A stretch of DNA of 58,675 nt, filler included, from Asterionella formosa (GCA_002256025.1; 5 parts of 5 records of this genome joined end to end with filler, not necessarily neighbours in it); one strand, 5' to 3'; counted from the whole stretch's first letter, positions 1 through 11,686 are shown. Notes: a model not told the origin generated them from the letters alone. Program-made: numbers and translations.

Positions 1-1246
1 TGGTACCACAGAACCATCTGATGACTGGTAATAGGTACCAGGTACACAGCCTGTTAGTAAGCATCACTAAATTCCTGCTAGCAGCCAGTCAGTAATACCT
101 GGTACCTGGTAGTAAAGTGCTGCTCCGGCAGTATGGTGCTGCTGTGGTTGACAGGGCAGAGCGAAGTGATATAGTGCTGCCACTGTTGGTAATATACCAG
201 CATTGCTCCTAGTAACTACTGGTACACAAATGACCAGTACTAGACTGACTGGTAGTTTGTATATCTCGCGGTAAGAACAGGGCGGATCTACCTGGTAGAT
301 GACACTGTTTTGCTGTGGGAGGAAAACTCTGCGAAATTGGTGGAAAATGGGAGCAAAATTGACCAATATTTGTTCAAAAAGCAACAAGAACTTACTTGTC
401 CACAAAGTGGACAAAACGACATCATATCACAGAAAACTTATTACTAGCTATACCGGAAAGTTGAGGTCTTTTTGTTGAAATTGATAATGTGATGCATGAC
501 AGGCACTTACATTCATAATACACACTACTCATTCATAGAAAACGTCATCAATTCCCTCTTTGAAAACCACTGTATCACAACTTAGCTTAGCAACAAAGGT
601 TTTAGGCTAATTTTATTCTTCCAAGCAATGCGGAAATGTCAAAACATGGGCAAATGGCTTAAGGGTGGCCCTAAGCAAAAGTAAGCAAGGCAGTCTTGCT
701 TACTTTGCTTTATTCTCTTCAAACTCAAAATCATTCTCCTTTTCTGGCCAAGCAAAGTGATAAAAAGAACAACCCATGATCTTAATTAATGGTTTTTAAA
801 GTCATTGGGTTTGGAAATTTGTCAGCATCCAAAATGTACCTGGTAGGAGTACTGGTTCCACGCAACAGCCTACCGGTATTCATGTGCATTCTGAAGTTGA
901 TGCATAGACCATAGTATCATAGGACAATCATATGTCTTTTGTAGTTTGCCGGAACTGTCGTCTTGATCGAGCGACACAGAACTTCGAAGAACTTCCTTGC
1001 CTATGTATGCATGATTCCTAACTTACAACGGTAATACCCTGGTGCTAAAAGTTGGCCACCATACTGGTACCAGGTACCTGTTACGATTACTTGCTAGATT
1101 TACCCGGTACAGTGTTACATGTACATAGAGTGACGCTTTGTACCAGAGTATGTAAGCAAAATGTTCTGTCACATTCCCTTTCGCGATCATGGTCATGTCG
1201 ATGCTTTGTAAGTTGTGACCGGATCATATACCGGGCGGTATTATTC

Positions 1247-2107
1247 ATGGTCCTTCTAGCCTTCGCATTCTGCGCAATCATCCATCTCTCTATTCTTTCA
1301 AGCGCCATGAAATTTCCAGCCATTTTCGTCAACCATGGAGGCGGGCCGATGCCATTGCTAGGGCAGCAGCCAGAACTTGTCCGTCATATGAAGGAGGTTG
1401 TCACAAAATATCTTCCAGACAAGCCCACGTCGATTGTCGTCCTGAGTGCTCACTGGGAAAGCAACACGGTTTCCATTACAAGCAGTGCCCACCCGTCGAT
1501 GATATATGACTATGGTGGGTTCCCTCCCGAAACGTACAAATATCAGTACCCTGCACCAGGATCACCAGAGTTGGCCAGAAAGATTCAAAAGTTACTCGAA
1601 AAGCAAGGAGTTGAAAGTAATTTGGACGACACAAGGGGATTTGACCATGGTGTCTTTGTACCTCTCATGATCATGTATCCTGAAGCAACAATACCGGTTG
1701 TTTGTGTGTCACTCGATGCTTCTCTATCTGCCTCTAAGAACATGAAGGTTGGGTCAGCGTTGCAATCTCTTCGAGAGGAAGGAGTTTTGATTCTTGGAAG
1801 CGGTTATTCCTTTCACAACATGGGCGCCTTTTTCAGTCCATCCGAATATTTTCGTAAGGCTTCCATCCAATTCAACAACTGGCTTAAGGATACGATTGCG
1901 GGGTCGAGAGATATTGATGCGAAGGAAGCAAAACTGACTGCTTGGGAAAAGGCTCCCGGTGCCCGGGTGTGCCATCCACGAGAGGAGCATTTGTTACCAT
2001 TATTTATGACGGCAGCTGCAGCGGGATGGGACAGTCAAGCAGAAATTATTTATGATACCTCAGATAAGATCGGCGGCTACGCCGTAAGCGGATATTTGTT
2101 CCATTAA
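1247..2107 (+). CDS. LigB/DODA-type (YgiD-like) extradiol ring-cleavage dioxygenase
   Basis: Motifs FVNHGGGPMP, VVLSAHWE, YDYGGFP, RGFDHGVFVPL, ILGSGYSFHN and HPREEHLLPL. The catalytic domain starts at ATG 1307; in-frame ATG 1247 adds a 20-aa hydrophobic leader. Confidence 0.9.
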   Translation: MVLLAFAFCAIIHLSILSSAMKFPAIFVNHGGGPMPLLGQQPELVRHMKEVVTKYLPDKPTSIVVLSAHWESNTVSITSSAHPSMIYDYGGFPPETYKYQYPAPGSPELARKIQKLLEKQGVESNLDDTRGFDHGVFVPLMIMYPEATIPVVCVSLDASLSASKNMKVGSALQSLREEGVLILGSGYSFHNMGAFFSPSEYFRKASIQFNNWLKDTIAGSRDIDAKEAKLTAWEKAPGARVCHPREEHLLPLFMTAAAAGWDSQAEIIYDTSDKIGGYAVSGYLFH

Positions 2108-2210
2108 TCATTCGTAATTAATTATTTGCACCTTTCCATGCTTCGATCCTATTGTTATGAACTCTTTGGTGAGTATCAGTTATTTGCAAATTCCAACGGT
2201 GTCTAAATAT

Positions 2211-3122
2211 TCATCGTCGCCTTTCCTTCCGCGCAGCACTCCCAGGACCCTGCCAATTGAGAATGTCTTGCTTTTCCTCTGGTGTCATTTGCGTTACGGA
2301 CCAATGCGCCCACATCAACGCTCCTACGTCGTACAAGGCATGTGCCATAATCGGTACTGCCAAGTTGTCTGCCGATTGATAAAGATATCCAAAGTAAACA
2401 CTTGCCAATGCCGCAAAGACGGCGTAGAGTGGCGTGACAGCATGCAAGAGTCCAAATACAACGGATGTGATTCCGAGTGCGACAGTGTCACCAAACCTTG
2501 ATGCGAGTTCCCATTGTAAAACGCCGCGAAAGAGCATCTCTTCCCCCAAGCCCGCCGCCAATCCAAGAGCTATTGATGTGAGCAAGGCCAGACCAGGTTT
2601 GAAGGTTCCCCCTAGTAGCGCCATGACACTTCGTTGTGTCGCGGTCGTGACATCCTGAAGCGCAGGTACGCGGTCTTCAACCAAGTCAAGGATGACGGCA
2701 AAGGCAAAGATGGGTAGTGTAGCAAAAATGCCATGTTGAATGGCGGCAGTGTCAAATGAGATTCCAGGTCCAAATCCAAGGTTTGGCGTGCTCAATATTT
2801 TGGCCGCAATGAGTGCCGCCACTATGAGAAGAGACTGTCCTCCGACCAAGGCAAGTGTGGTTCGTCCATCAAAGAGCTCATCGACAGGAGGTTCATCGTC
2901 TGGAACTGACGATCTCGACCATAACGGTGTGGTTGTTGCCTCGATGTACATCGATTCAATAGGCGTTGGTAACCTATCGGTGGTTGTCGTCGGAAGCACA
3001 ATCGCAGATCGTTGTAGGATAGATGGTGGATATCTAGGCAAAAAGGCGCTTACCCGCCGCTGGGCGAGCCATACGCCGAGAAATACGAGCAATTCAATTG
3101 ATATTAGACACTTGATTGCCAT
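2211..3122 (-). CDS. CPBP/Abi (type II CAAX protease-like) membrane protein, probably plastid-targeted
   Basis: EEMLFRG, FGLLH and HALYD motifs plus several TM segments. N-terminus MAIKCLISIELLVFLGVWLAQRRVSAFLP is a signal peptide followed by an ASAFAP-like motif. Confidence 0.85.
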   Translation of the reverse strand: MAIKCLISIELLVFLGVWLAQRRVSAFLPRYPPSILQRSAIVLPTTTTDRLPTPIESMYIEATTTPLWSRSSVPDDEPPVDELFDGRTTLALVGGQSLLIVAALIAAKILSTPNLGFGPGISFDTAAIQHGIFATLPIFAFAVILDLVEDRVPALQDVTTATQRSVMALLGGTFKPGLALLTSIALGLAAGLGEEMLFRGVLQWELASRFGDTVALGITSVVFGLLHAVTPLYAVFAALASVYFGYLYQSADNLAVPIMAHALYDVGALMWAHWSVTQMTPEEKQDILNWQGPGSAARKERRR

Positions 3123-4312
3123 GATGATGCTTCTGCCGTCGTTAAATACTGGGAGCTGGAGGTTAGACAAAAAAGGGCGAGAGTACACTTAGCCTTTTCT
3201 TTTTATGTGTTTCGCAATCAGTATTGAAGCTCAACCTTACAACAAACTTTTTTTTCTTTCTTTCACAAATAGACATGCGCACAGTAAAGTACCGGTAGTT
3301 GTAAGTTGACCGCCGATGCTTTATGATTTGTACACTTGGAGTACCGATGCAAACATAGTTAGTACCAGGTACCGGTAGAAACATTATATCATTAATGTAT
3401 GTAGCGTATGAAAGCCATCAGTTGCTTGCCTATTTATAATGATGTAATCATGAGGAGATCATTCACACTGTTTACTGTACATGGGGGGTGTACATACGTG
3501 ATATTTGGTACCAGAAATAAATAACCGGTGTACCTGGTATTGGTACCAGTACGTTTCAGCCACGAAGCAAATAGCATTTTTACGTATCCGTGTGGTAAAG
3601 CCAATGATGACGTAAGCAAAAAGGAACCGCAATCAACAGCATCGGTCAAGCGTCGTGCGTTATACTACCGCTGATTGATAAATAAGGAATAATGTGGGGT
3701 GGTGCTAGTTCTTGGTACTGGTACCTGGTACCCCGGTATACCCCCTTGCCCGTACCTGTATATCAGATCATCATTGCTTGCTACATCGTACAGTACTTGA
3801 TACTCTTATCCACAAAACAAATGAGGCGCGCCATCAAAGTGACATTCCATTCCATTCCATTCATTCCGTAGACAGACAGACAGCTCGGCAGATCCATCAA
3901 AATCTTTGCTTGTTGGCTGTTGTTGGCTGTTGCTTGTTCGCGCAACCAGCATCACCAGCCATGATCGTGCAGGTTAGTGGAGCATCACCATCACGATCAC
4001 CATACATACACCATCATCCAGCCCCGCCAGTGTGCGTATCATCGCCATCATCGGCCCAGCTAATCAGCTACCGGTAATACCATACGCCGTATTACCTACT
4101 ATTCGTATGCATGTAGCCTTGCCATGACGGGTTTTGATATCTATCTATCTCACAACAAGATGTTTCCACATTATACACACACTGTATAGTCCAGTCCAGT
4201 CCTGTCCTGTCCTGTCCCACACCTGTAGTCCATCAACAGGTGCACGGATTGTCTTGTGTCATCCTACATTACATAGGCCTTTCCGCTATTGCCTGCTCCT
4301 TCCTTCGCTACC

Positions 4313-6081
4313 ATGAGTGCCTCTCGAATCTTTGCGCGCAAGCTTTTGCTGTCCAAGGTGTGTTTGTCTGGTGCAATGTTATCCAAATCATTGTTATTGT
4401 GCTGAGTGATTGGCACGTGCCATCCATCCGATATCATCGATCTCACTTCTTGGGGAGGAGAGGCATAGCGGGGTCCATCGACCTGACGAGAGATCTGCGT
4501 TCTATGGCTCGGATTGCGATCATGAAGCAACTGCAACACTGCCTTGATGGATTCGCTTCGACGATTCATTCCTGTGTGTATCATCTCACTTTAAACCCCT
4601 TGTCTCTGCCACACCGGTAGTCCCTTCATCCGTACAGAGCGGCCTTTGTCCCGATCCGCGCCCTACAAACAACGCCGCAGTCAGAGTCACATGATCACTC
4701 CAGCTCAGGGACCATGCTCGGCGCTGCTGCCATTATTGCTGTCAGCGTCCTCGGAGGTGCCACCGTCGCATGCGACAGCAGGAGATCCAACGTCAAGGAC
4801 CCCATGACTGCCTATGGACACCAAGAGCCCTCGATCCAGGCGACGAGTGCCTCGGATGATGTCAAGGACCCCATGACTGTCTTCGCCAAGATTGCTGCCA
4901 GGGCTGCCATGCAGGAAGGCAGCAAAGAAGCTACTGGCCCGCCGGCACGCTTCGAAACAACCACGCCCGCACTCACAGAAGAAGAAGAACGGATTGAAAA
5001 GGCAACTCGCAAGGCCAAGCAGCACTCGGGTGGCCTGAAGATCTTCTCAGGAAACGGAAACAAGCCCCTGGCCATGGAAATTGGTCGTTACCTTGGCATT
5101 AACCTGGGAAAGGCGACTGTGGGACGTTTTGCGGATGGGGAGATCAATGTTGTCATTCACGAAAATGTTCGTGGCAAGGACTGCTATGTCATTCAACCCA
5201 CGTGTCCGCCTGTAAATGACAATATTATGGAATTGCTCCTCATGGTGTCCACGTTGAACAGAGCTAGTGCCCGAAGGATCACTGTTGTGATTCCTTATTA
5301 CGGTTATGCACGACAAGATCGCAAAATGCAGGTACGTCAAGCTGTTTTTAACATGGGATGCAATTGAACTACGACTCAACTGACAACTAATTAATAACCT
5401 TTGGCATCCTTCCCATCTTAGGCTCGTGTCCCAATCTCTGCCGCCGATGTCGCTCGACTCATGGAAGCTATGGGGATCGACCGTGTCATCGCAGTCGATT
5501 TGCATTGTGGACAGATTCAGGGATTCTTCGGCCCTCGTGTTCCTGTCGATAACTTGGATGGAGGCGTTGTCGGACTTGACTACTTTGGCTGCAAAGACCT
5601 TCACAACCCCGTTGTTGTCAGTCCTGATGCAGGTGGTGTCTACCGTGCCAAGAAGTTCAAGGAAGGTCTGGCTCATAAGTATGAGATGAATGACGTCGGT
5701 CTTGCCATGATTATCAAGCAACGAGCACGAGCCGGCATTGTCGACCAAATGGATTTGGTGGGTGATGTCACCGATTGCGACTGCATTATTGTGGATGACA
5801 TGATTGATACTGCTGGAACTTTATGTGCAGCTGCCGAGGTTCTGAAAGGAAAGGGGGCCCGACGTGTGTTTGCCTTTGCAAGTCATGGTCTTTTGAGTGG
5901 ACCTGGGAATGAACGAATTGCCAACTCATCATTGGAAGAATGTGTCATTCTCAATACTATCCCTACTTCGCCAGAAAGAGAAGCGAACGAAAAGCTAACG
6001 GAGCTGAGTGTTGCTCCTCTCTTGGCTCAAGCCATTTTTAACATTCACGCCAAAAAGAGTATATCCGCACTTTTCAAATAA
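4313..6081 (+). CDS. PRPS: Ribose-phosphate pyrophosphokinase (PRPP synthetase); inferred exons 4313-4357, 4621-5331, 5422-6081
   Basis: [39 protein letters not shown] and [15 protein letters not shown] intron 5332-5421 restores RKMQ|ARVPIS. The first exon and intron 4358-4620 are inferred from in-phase splice sites and are less certain. Confidence 0.93.
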
Positions 6082-6239
6082 ATATGGCAATCCTCATTGA
6101 ACGCCAGGAGAAAAGTGGCTACATAGATCATTGTTCTAACTTTCAACACCACTTATAGAAAGTCTCCCATCTCCCATGCCTTGCTCCTATTTCATACCAT
6201 GTGTTAGCTGCACTGGACTTGTGTATGATCAAACCAGTC

Positions 6240-8790
6240 TTGGACCCATTACCCCTTTAGTCAGACTGAAGAAATGTGGTTTGCACCAACACAAACCTTG
6301 TTAGGCATGATTTTGAGATAGGTAGGACACTGAGTTTGCTCTAGATGCTGACGTTGGCCCTTTGGAGTCATTGTAGGAACTCCCAATGAGCTAGCCACAA
6401 TATCGAATGCTTTCCTAAAATGCAAACATGACATTTTTTGATGTAGCAACCCTTTTTCATGTGCAGCCAAATCTAACCTCCTCATGAGAAGCTAGAATTC
6501 CTCTAGCCTTCGCCTCCCATCTATCAAAAAACAACATCTGCCCATGGGCTTCAAAAACTTCATGGCACACTGCCCTGACACTGTATCCTTTGCTTGTATG
6601 CCACAGTTTGCATTCAACAAAGAGGCTGCGCACATTTTGGGAATTTACAGTTGGCAGGAAACCATCTAAACTTTTTCTTGTGAATCCAAATTTTGTGTTC
6701 ACCCATCAATTTGGTATGATCTGTACCATTGCCAGTAGCTGACCACCATGGCATATTGCTTGCTTTTGTTGGCATCCTTTGATATAGCTCCTCAACAAAC
6801 TTTTTTCAACTTTCTTCCAAAATAGACTTTATTCTAGTCTCTGACAATGTCCCAACCATGGTACAGTCATACAACATTTCTTCGACACCTTCTAACACTC
6901 CTGGCTGTATTTCTGAAACAATTATCTTGATCTGATCAAGTGTAGCAAGCTGGACAGAATGAGGCGGAACCCCAGACAGCTTCAAAACACACCTTAGTGC
7001 AATACTATCATTTTTCCAAGGACACACTACTCTGACAGAATCCCGCAATTCAAAAACTCTTGCTTCCTGAAAATAGGCAACATTGCAAGTGGTGAATTAG
7101 TGTGTAATTCATTTCCAGCATCAAAATAGTGAAGCATTGATGCTATTCCAAACCGTGGTGTCTTTCTGATGCACACTAAATCCTGTAGCTCTCCAAAATA
7201 TGCTTTTAATATGGTAAAAACCTTTCAATTCAACTTTATCTTTTTTCACAAAAGCCACTGCCTCGGGATTACCAACAGTACCTGGTACCATGATAAAAGA
7301 AATCCGGTGACTAAGCGCCAAATTTAGCAGATAGTACATTTATACTACAATCACTCAAAATTTGACCTACATGCATACTGGTCACCAGCATGCTCATACA
7401 ACATACAAACATCACATACACCTCCCAAAGTCCACCCACCCACCCCGGTTATTGACTGATACACTTGAAGAAGCTTCATCTTTACCACTAGAAGCATATA
7501 TTCCTGCCCCTTTCTGAATGGAATGTACTCCTATGTCATAAGGTTTGTAGCCAAGTTCAAGTAGCTCATTCCTTGTGCTTTTCTAGCATACACACTAGTA
7601 GGATAGCCCCAAATTGTTCCTCTTGCTTGGGACCTTGGAATAGCGTACAATTCCCATCCTGGAATAGTTGTGGGAAGCACAACAGGTACTCTATCATAAC
7701 AGCAGTCACGCACACAGTACACAGGATAACTGTCAGGGTTTGTATAAAAATGGCGGGGATGCCAGTTCCTTGATCCTGCAGGGTCATTCTTAACATGTGG
7801 AAATGAAATTCCAAATGCGTCAGCCCTCCACACAAGATGCTTCAAGCACACATAGATATTTACTCCCCTACACATCGAATTCTAACTCAATGACATGAAA
7901 GCATGACCAAAAATACCCTCATGTGACCTCTCCTCAAGAAGCCATGCATATCATCGATTTTTCATAGACCTTGAAAGTAATTTCCGCTTGCCCATTTCCA
8001 TAGAACCAAGGCTTTCCTGTGCAGCCTTTGACACAATGCACACAACTCCTTCCATGTACTTTTCCACAGCATTCTCTGAAGATTCATCACTTGGCTGCCC
8101 TGAACTTGTGGCGCTTGAATAGGTTATTCAAGATTGATTGCTTGTTCATGTAAACTTTTTCCTTCCAAGGCACACCATTATCCTTCAAATTCGAGCACAA
8201 GTAAGTTATGTAGTCCTTACAGATCATATCACTAAAATCAAAGGGTGCAGGAGTATTCTCCTTGTCCAACCATTACCTAATAATAATTCTTGCAGTAGCT
8301 TCCCTCTTCTTCTGTGAAATTCGTTTGTAGTCTGTGATTGCTACATGAATCTGGCCAAATAAGATTGGGTTGATGAAACTCATCTGTCTATGATCCCTTG
8401 TTTCCTAGTAGTCAGGCTCATTCTTGTGCCCAAGTACCAAACACATTATTAGTTTCACAACCTCATTCCGATTAGAGTCTCTGGTTGATTGTGCTCTATT
8501 TAGCTTTGGATATTCATTAGGCAACATCTTCTTCTTCGTTTTTTCCACCAAGCAATCATGCTCACTTTGTTTTATAGTTGTTGTAGCTAGTGCCAGCATT
8601 ATATCCCACTCTTGCTGCTCAAACCAATCTCCTTCTCCCAAAAAATTCGAAGTCATCCTTGCCTTCAAATGATCTTCCATACTGCTTGAAGCATCCGAGA
8701 CATGTCAAAAGGCTTGAATTTGAATTTGTCACAACGGGGATGCATCCTCGCTCCATCACAGGAAACACATCTGGCTGCGGCTGATTGCAG
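6240..8790 (-). mobile_element. Degenerate Crypton (CryptonS-like) tyrosine-recombinase DNA transposon
   Basis: Frameshifted minus-strand remnants: LVWRADAFGISFPHVKND...HPRHFYTNP (~7740-7840), DIGVHSIQKGAGIYASSG (~7480-7540, decayed HxxR) and GWTLGGVCDVCMLYEHAGDQ (~7380-7440). These match recalled stramenopile Crypton YR motifs; many stops. Confidence 0.75.
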
Positions 8791-9137
8791 TATGAGGAAT
8801 TTTACCACTTTCTTTGCACATCATCTTATAGGCATTTCCTAGTCAGCTTGTAGCGAAGTTGGACTTAGATTCTATTCTGTAATCAACAATCTGAAGGCTT
8901 TGAAAGACGAACAATGATTTCTGATCTTATATTTCAATCAAAATATTGAATCCTCAGTCTATATCTATTTACAGAGACATCACACCTACTATAGTGCATG
9001 GTGACTTCATGACGCTCTCAGTACCTATGAGAGACGATCCATCACCTATTTTACTCTGCACAAATATATTGAAAGCAGCAAGTCGTATTATTAGGTTTTT
9101 CAGCACCTTAAATTCCAAGAACTGAAAAGGAAGTTTA

Positions 9138-9252
9138 ACTTAGTCTGTAGCCTAGTACTAACTTTTGTCTGTAGGACGAGAAAACATTCTCAATCATTTC
9201 CTGAATTTTAGGTGTGGAATAACCTAAAATGACCCTCAGGGGCAGTTAATTT
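9138..9252 (+). repeat. Dispersed ~115-130 bp repeat, copy 1 (upstream side of the Crypton relic)
   Basis: Aligns by eye with the reverse complement of 28838-28968: ttttgtc[t/a]gtag, attctcaatcatttcc[t/g]gaatttt, ctaaaatgaccctc..gggg. Confidence 0.8.
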
Positions 9253-9448
9253 AACCTAAAATTCCCCATCTTATTTTCTTGTGTCATCAGTTTTAGCGAT
9301 GAGCGATGGGCAGACGCCAACCACCACAGCCAACCACTTCCTAATACTTGCAATAGTCGAGAGCAAATAATGCACACAGAAATATCGTCTATCATACAAA
9401 AGAGGACAGATGAAAAACCTGTTCTTATCGGTAGAGGTATGAATAACC

Positions 9449-9501
9449 CCTGGTACCAGTACCGTACCCTGGAACCAGGTACCTGGTACCTGGTACCTGT
9501 A
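9449..9501. promoter_or_regulatory. Cluster of GGTACC/TACCWGGTA palindromes ~180 bp upstream of NOP16
   Basis: cctggtaccagtaccgtaccctggaaccaggtacctggtacctggtacctgta. A regulatory role is inferred only from position. Confidence 0.4.
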
Positions 9502-9682
9502 CTCCATCACGCCCGAGCGACCAGAACTGTTACACATATATGCATTGATACATGGCTGCTGGTATTAAAATATGTATGCGTAATACACATGCATAAAGTA
9601 GACGTATCAGGAGGCCAAGGAGCACGAGCAGGCTGTTCACATTTGTTCTGTTTCATTGCGCCTCACTAAGCCCATCACTACA

Positions 9683-10195
9683 ATGGTTAAACACGGAAAG
9701 GATAAGAAAAGAAGAGCCGGTCGTATAGGAAAAACCAAGCTGAAGAACAAGAACTTCCGTCGGTGGGATCCAAATCCTAAAGTTAGTGATGCACTCGTGA
9801 AGGAACATTGGGATGCGTCAAAGTCTCCGTCTGAGAATCTCAAGAGTATGGGTCTTTTGGCCAAGCCCAATGATCTTCTACATGCTGGATCGAATGTATC
9901 GTCTGTGAGCAGTCCGTGTTTGATCGACCTCTTTGATGTTCCTGATTCAGACAACCTAAACAACCCCAAGCGATGTCCTATGGAGGATGATGATCAAAAC
10001 TACATTGCTCGATGCATGGCGAAATACGGTGACGATTATGGAAGGATGTTTAGGGATACCAAAAGCTTGAATAAAATGCAATTTACTGAAAGGCAGCTCC
10101 AGAAAATGGGAGCCAGATTCTTGTTACTCGCCCCCGAGGAACGAAGGGTTGACCTTCCCGAAAAAGTCCGTCACCTGGCTGTGGTCTCATCATGA
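9683..10195 (+). CDS. NOP16: Nucleolar protein 16 (ribosome biogenesis)
   Basis: Basic N-terminus, WDASKSPSENLKSMGL, and YIARCMAKYGDDYGRMFRD..LNKMQFT typical of Nop16. Confidence 0.85.
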   Translation: MVKHGKDKKRRAGRIGKTKLKNKNFRRWDPNPKVSDALVKEHWDASKSPSENLKSMGLLAKPNDLLHAGSNVSSVSSPCLIDLFDVPDSDNLNNPKRCPMEDDDQNYIARCMAKYGDDYGRMFRDTKSLNKMQFTERQLQKMGARFLLLAPEERRVDLPEKVRHLAVVSS

Positions 10196-10328
10196 TAGCT
10201 CTGGGCCAAAAATTGTCAGCACTAGCCGTAAAAGAAGTATAAGTGCTATATCTCGGAAATTTCTTGGTTTTAGGCTACGATAGACTTGTTGCTGAATCAT
10301 GGTTCGAGTGTACTCAGATTGTTAGGTA

Positions 10329-11580
10329 TCAGCAGGTGAACTTACGAAGGTGGACAATGGATGCTTGGCTACATAACAATAAGGATCCTGTTCCACCTAC
10401 CCCAGCCACAGCAGTCAACCCATCGTCTCGAATAGATACTGCGTACGACGACGGGGGACTGCACCACACTCGCTGTTGCCGGTTGCAAGAGGGTGATTTC
10501 CAGTAGCTTACAACACCTTCGTCTGCCACCGACACTATGTGATTCTCATAAAATTTGATTTGCTGCGGCGCTTCTCGTGTGATACATTGAGAGAACATGG
10601 AACGAGTCGGGGCGTGCCAAGTCGCCAAGAATCCACCCTTGTTTCCTACCCGTGGCGAGGCACCGCCGCAAACAGACCACCAGTGCTTGGAGGTGTTGGC
10701 TGCGTCAATGTGCGAAATCCACAAAGACTGGTTTGATTCTAGCTTACCTTTTAGCTCTTCTTTCACGTCCAGTGAATCAATTAATTTGTCTTGTTTTGTA
10801 TCCCACATTCCAATGGTTCCATCTTCGCCTCCCATGAGCAGGTGCGACGAATTGGGCAAAATTTTGACGGTATGCAAATATCCACGTTTGGAGGAAGGAT
10901 ATGTCTGCAGAAGTCCTTCAGTCTCTGTATCCCACTTGTAACAAAATCCATCTCCGCTCGCACCGTATATATGCAAGTCCCGATCCATGTCAAAGGCGTT
11001 TATTTCAATATTATGCGATGAAAAATGGGGTTTGTATACTTGCAGGGGTGTAATCTCTGAGGTATCGCCTTCCAGGCAATTGGTAAAATCTCGCCAGGAA
11101 AAGAGGATTATGCCATCGACCCCGCAAACAATGAGGAAAACCGAAGCCTGTCGCTTATTAAACGCGATAGAAAAGAGTTTTCCTTTGGATACTTGTATCC
11201 TGAGATATGGAGGGTTAGACGATGCCAGATTGCGACGCGAAAATCGAATGATCTGGGTGCTTTCCCAATTAAATCACTCACTTTAGATCTGGCTTTCGTT
11301 GTTCAGTTCTTGACCTTTTGGATGGGTTTGCGTAATCATCATCGATCGTGAAATCACCTCTCTCAAGCTCATCCTTAAAGATCCAAACAATTACATGGCC
11401 TGATGAGGTGCAGCCAGCGAGGTAGTTATTGTGCCAATCCAAACCGAAAATGACTGGAGAAGGGTCTTGTCGCGACTTCCAAGCTTCAATGTAGGAGGGC
11501 TGCTCTGTCGGTGGGGGTAAATCGCGAAGGATTATGGAAGGTGACGCCGTGGTCGTGGGTTTAGCCATCGCGGCTGACAT
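10329..11580 (-). CDS. THOC6: WD40 protein, THO complex subunit 6-like; intron 11200-11281
   Basis: GTGAGT...CAG intron joins KPDLK to IQVSKG and keeps the frame open into the 10329-10988 ORF. Motifs EINAFD, YGASGDG..YKWD, GYLHTV and GGEDGTIGMWD. Confidence 0.75.
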
Positions 11581-11686
11581 ATTTATGCGTCGACACACAA
11601 TTGCTTTAACAATGGACCTGTGCGACAGCCGAATTCACCGACGAAAATACATCGTCATTTTGTGTTCTGAGAGCAAATTGTTCATC

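Noticed and set aside
5047..5748. Long antisense or alternate-frame ORFs overlapping real genes (e.g. 5047-5748, 2740-3192, 41659-42129, 52107-52481)
   Set aside because: Shadows of the coding strand with no recognisable motifs.
1307..6081. Bacterial-looking genes (YgiD-like, Abi, prs) as an operon, contamination or abortive-infection system
   Set aside because: Mixed strands, spliceosomal introns and eukaryotic targeting peptides. Abi here denotes the CPBP protease family.
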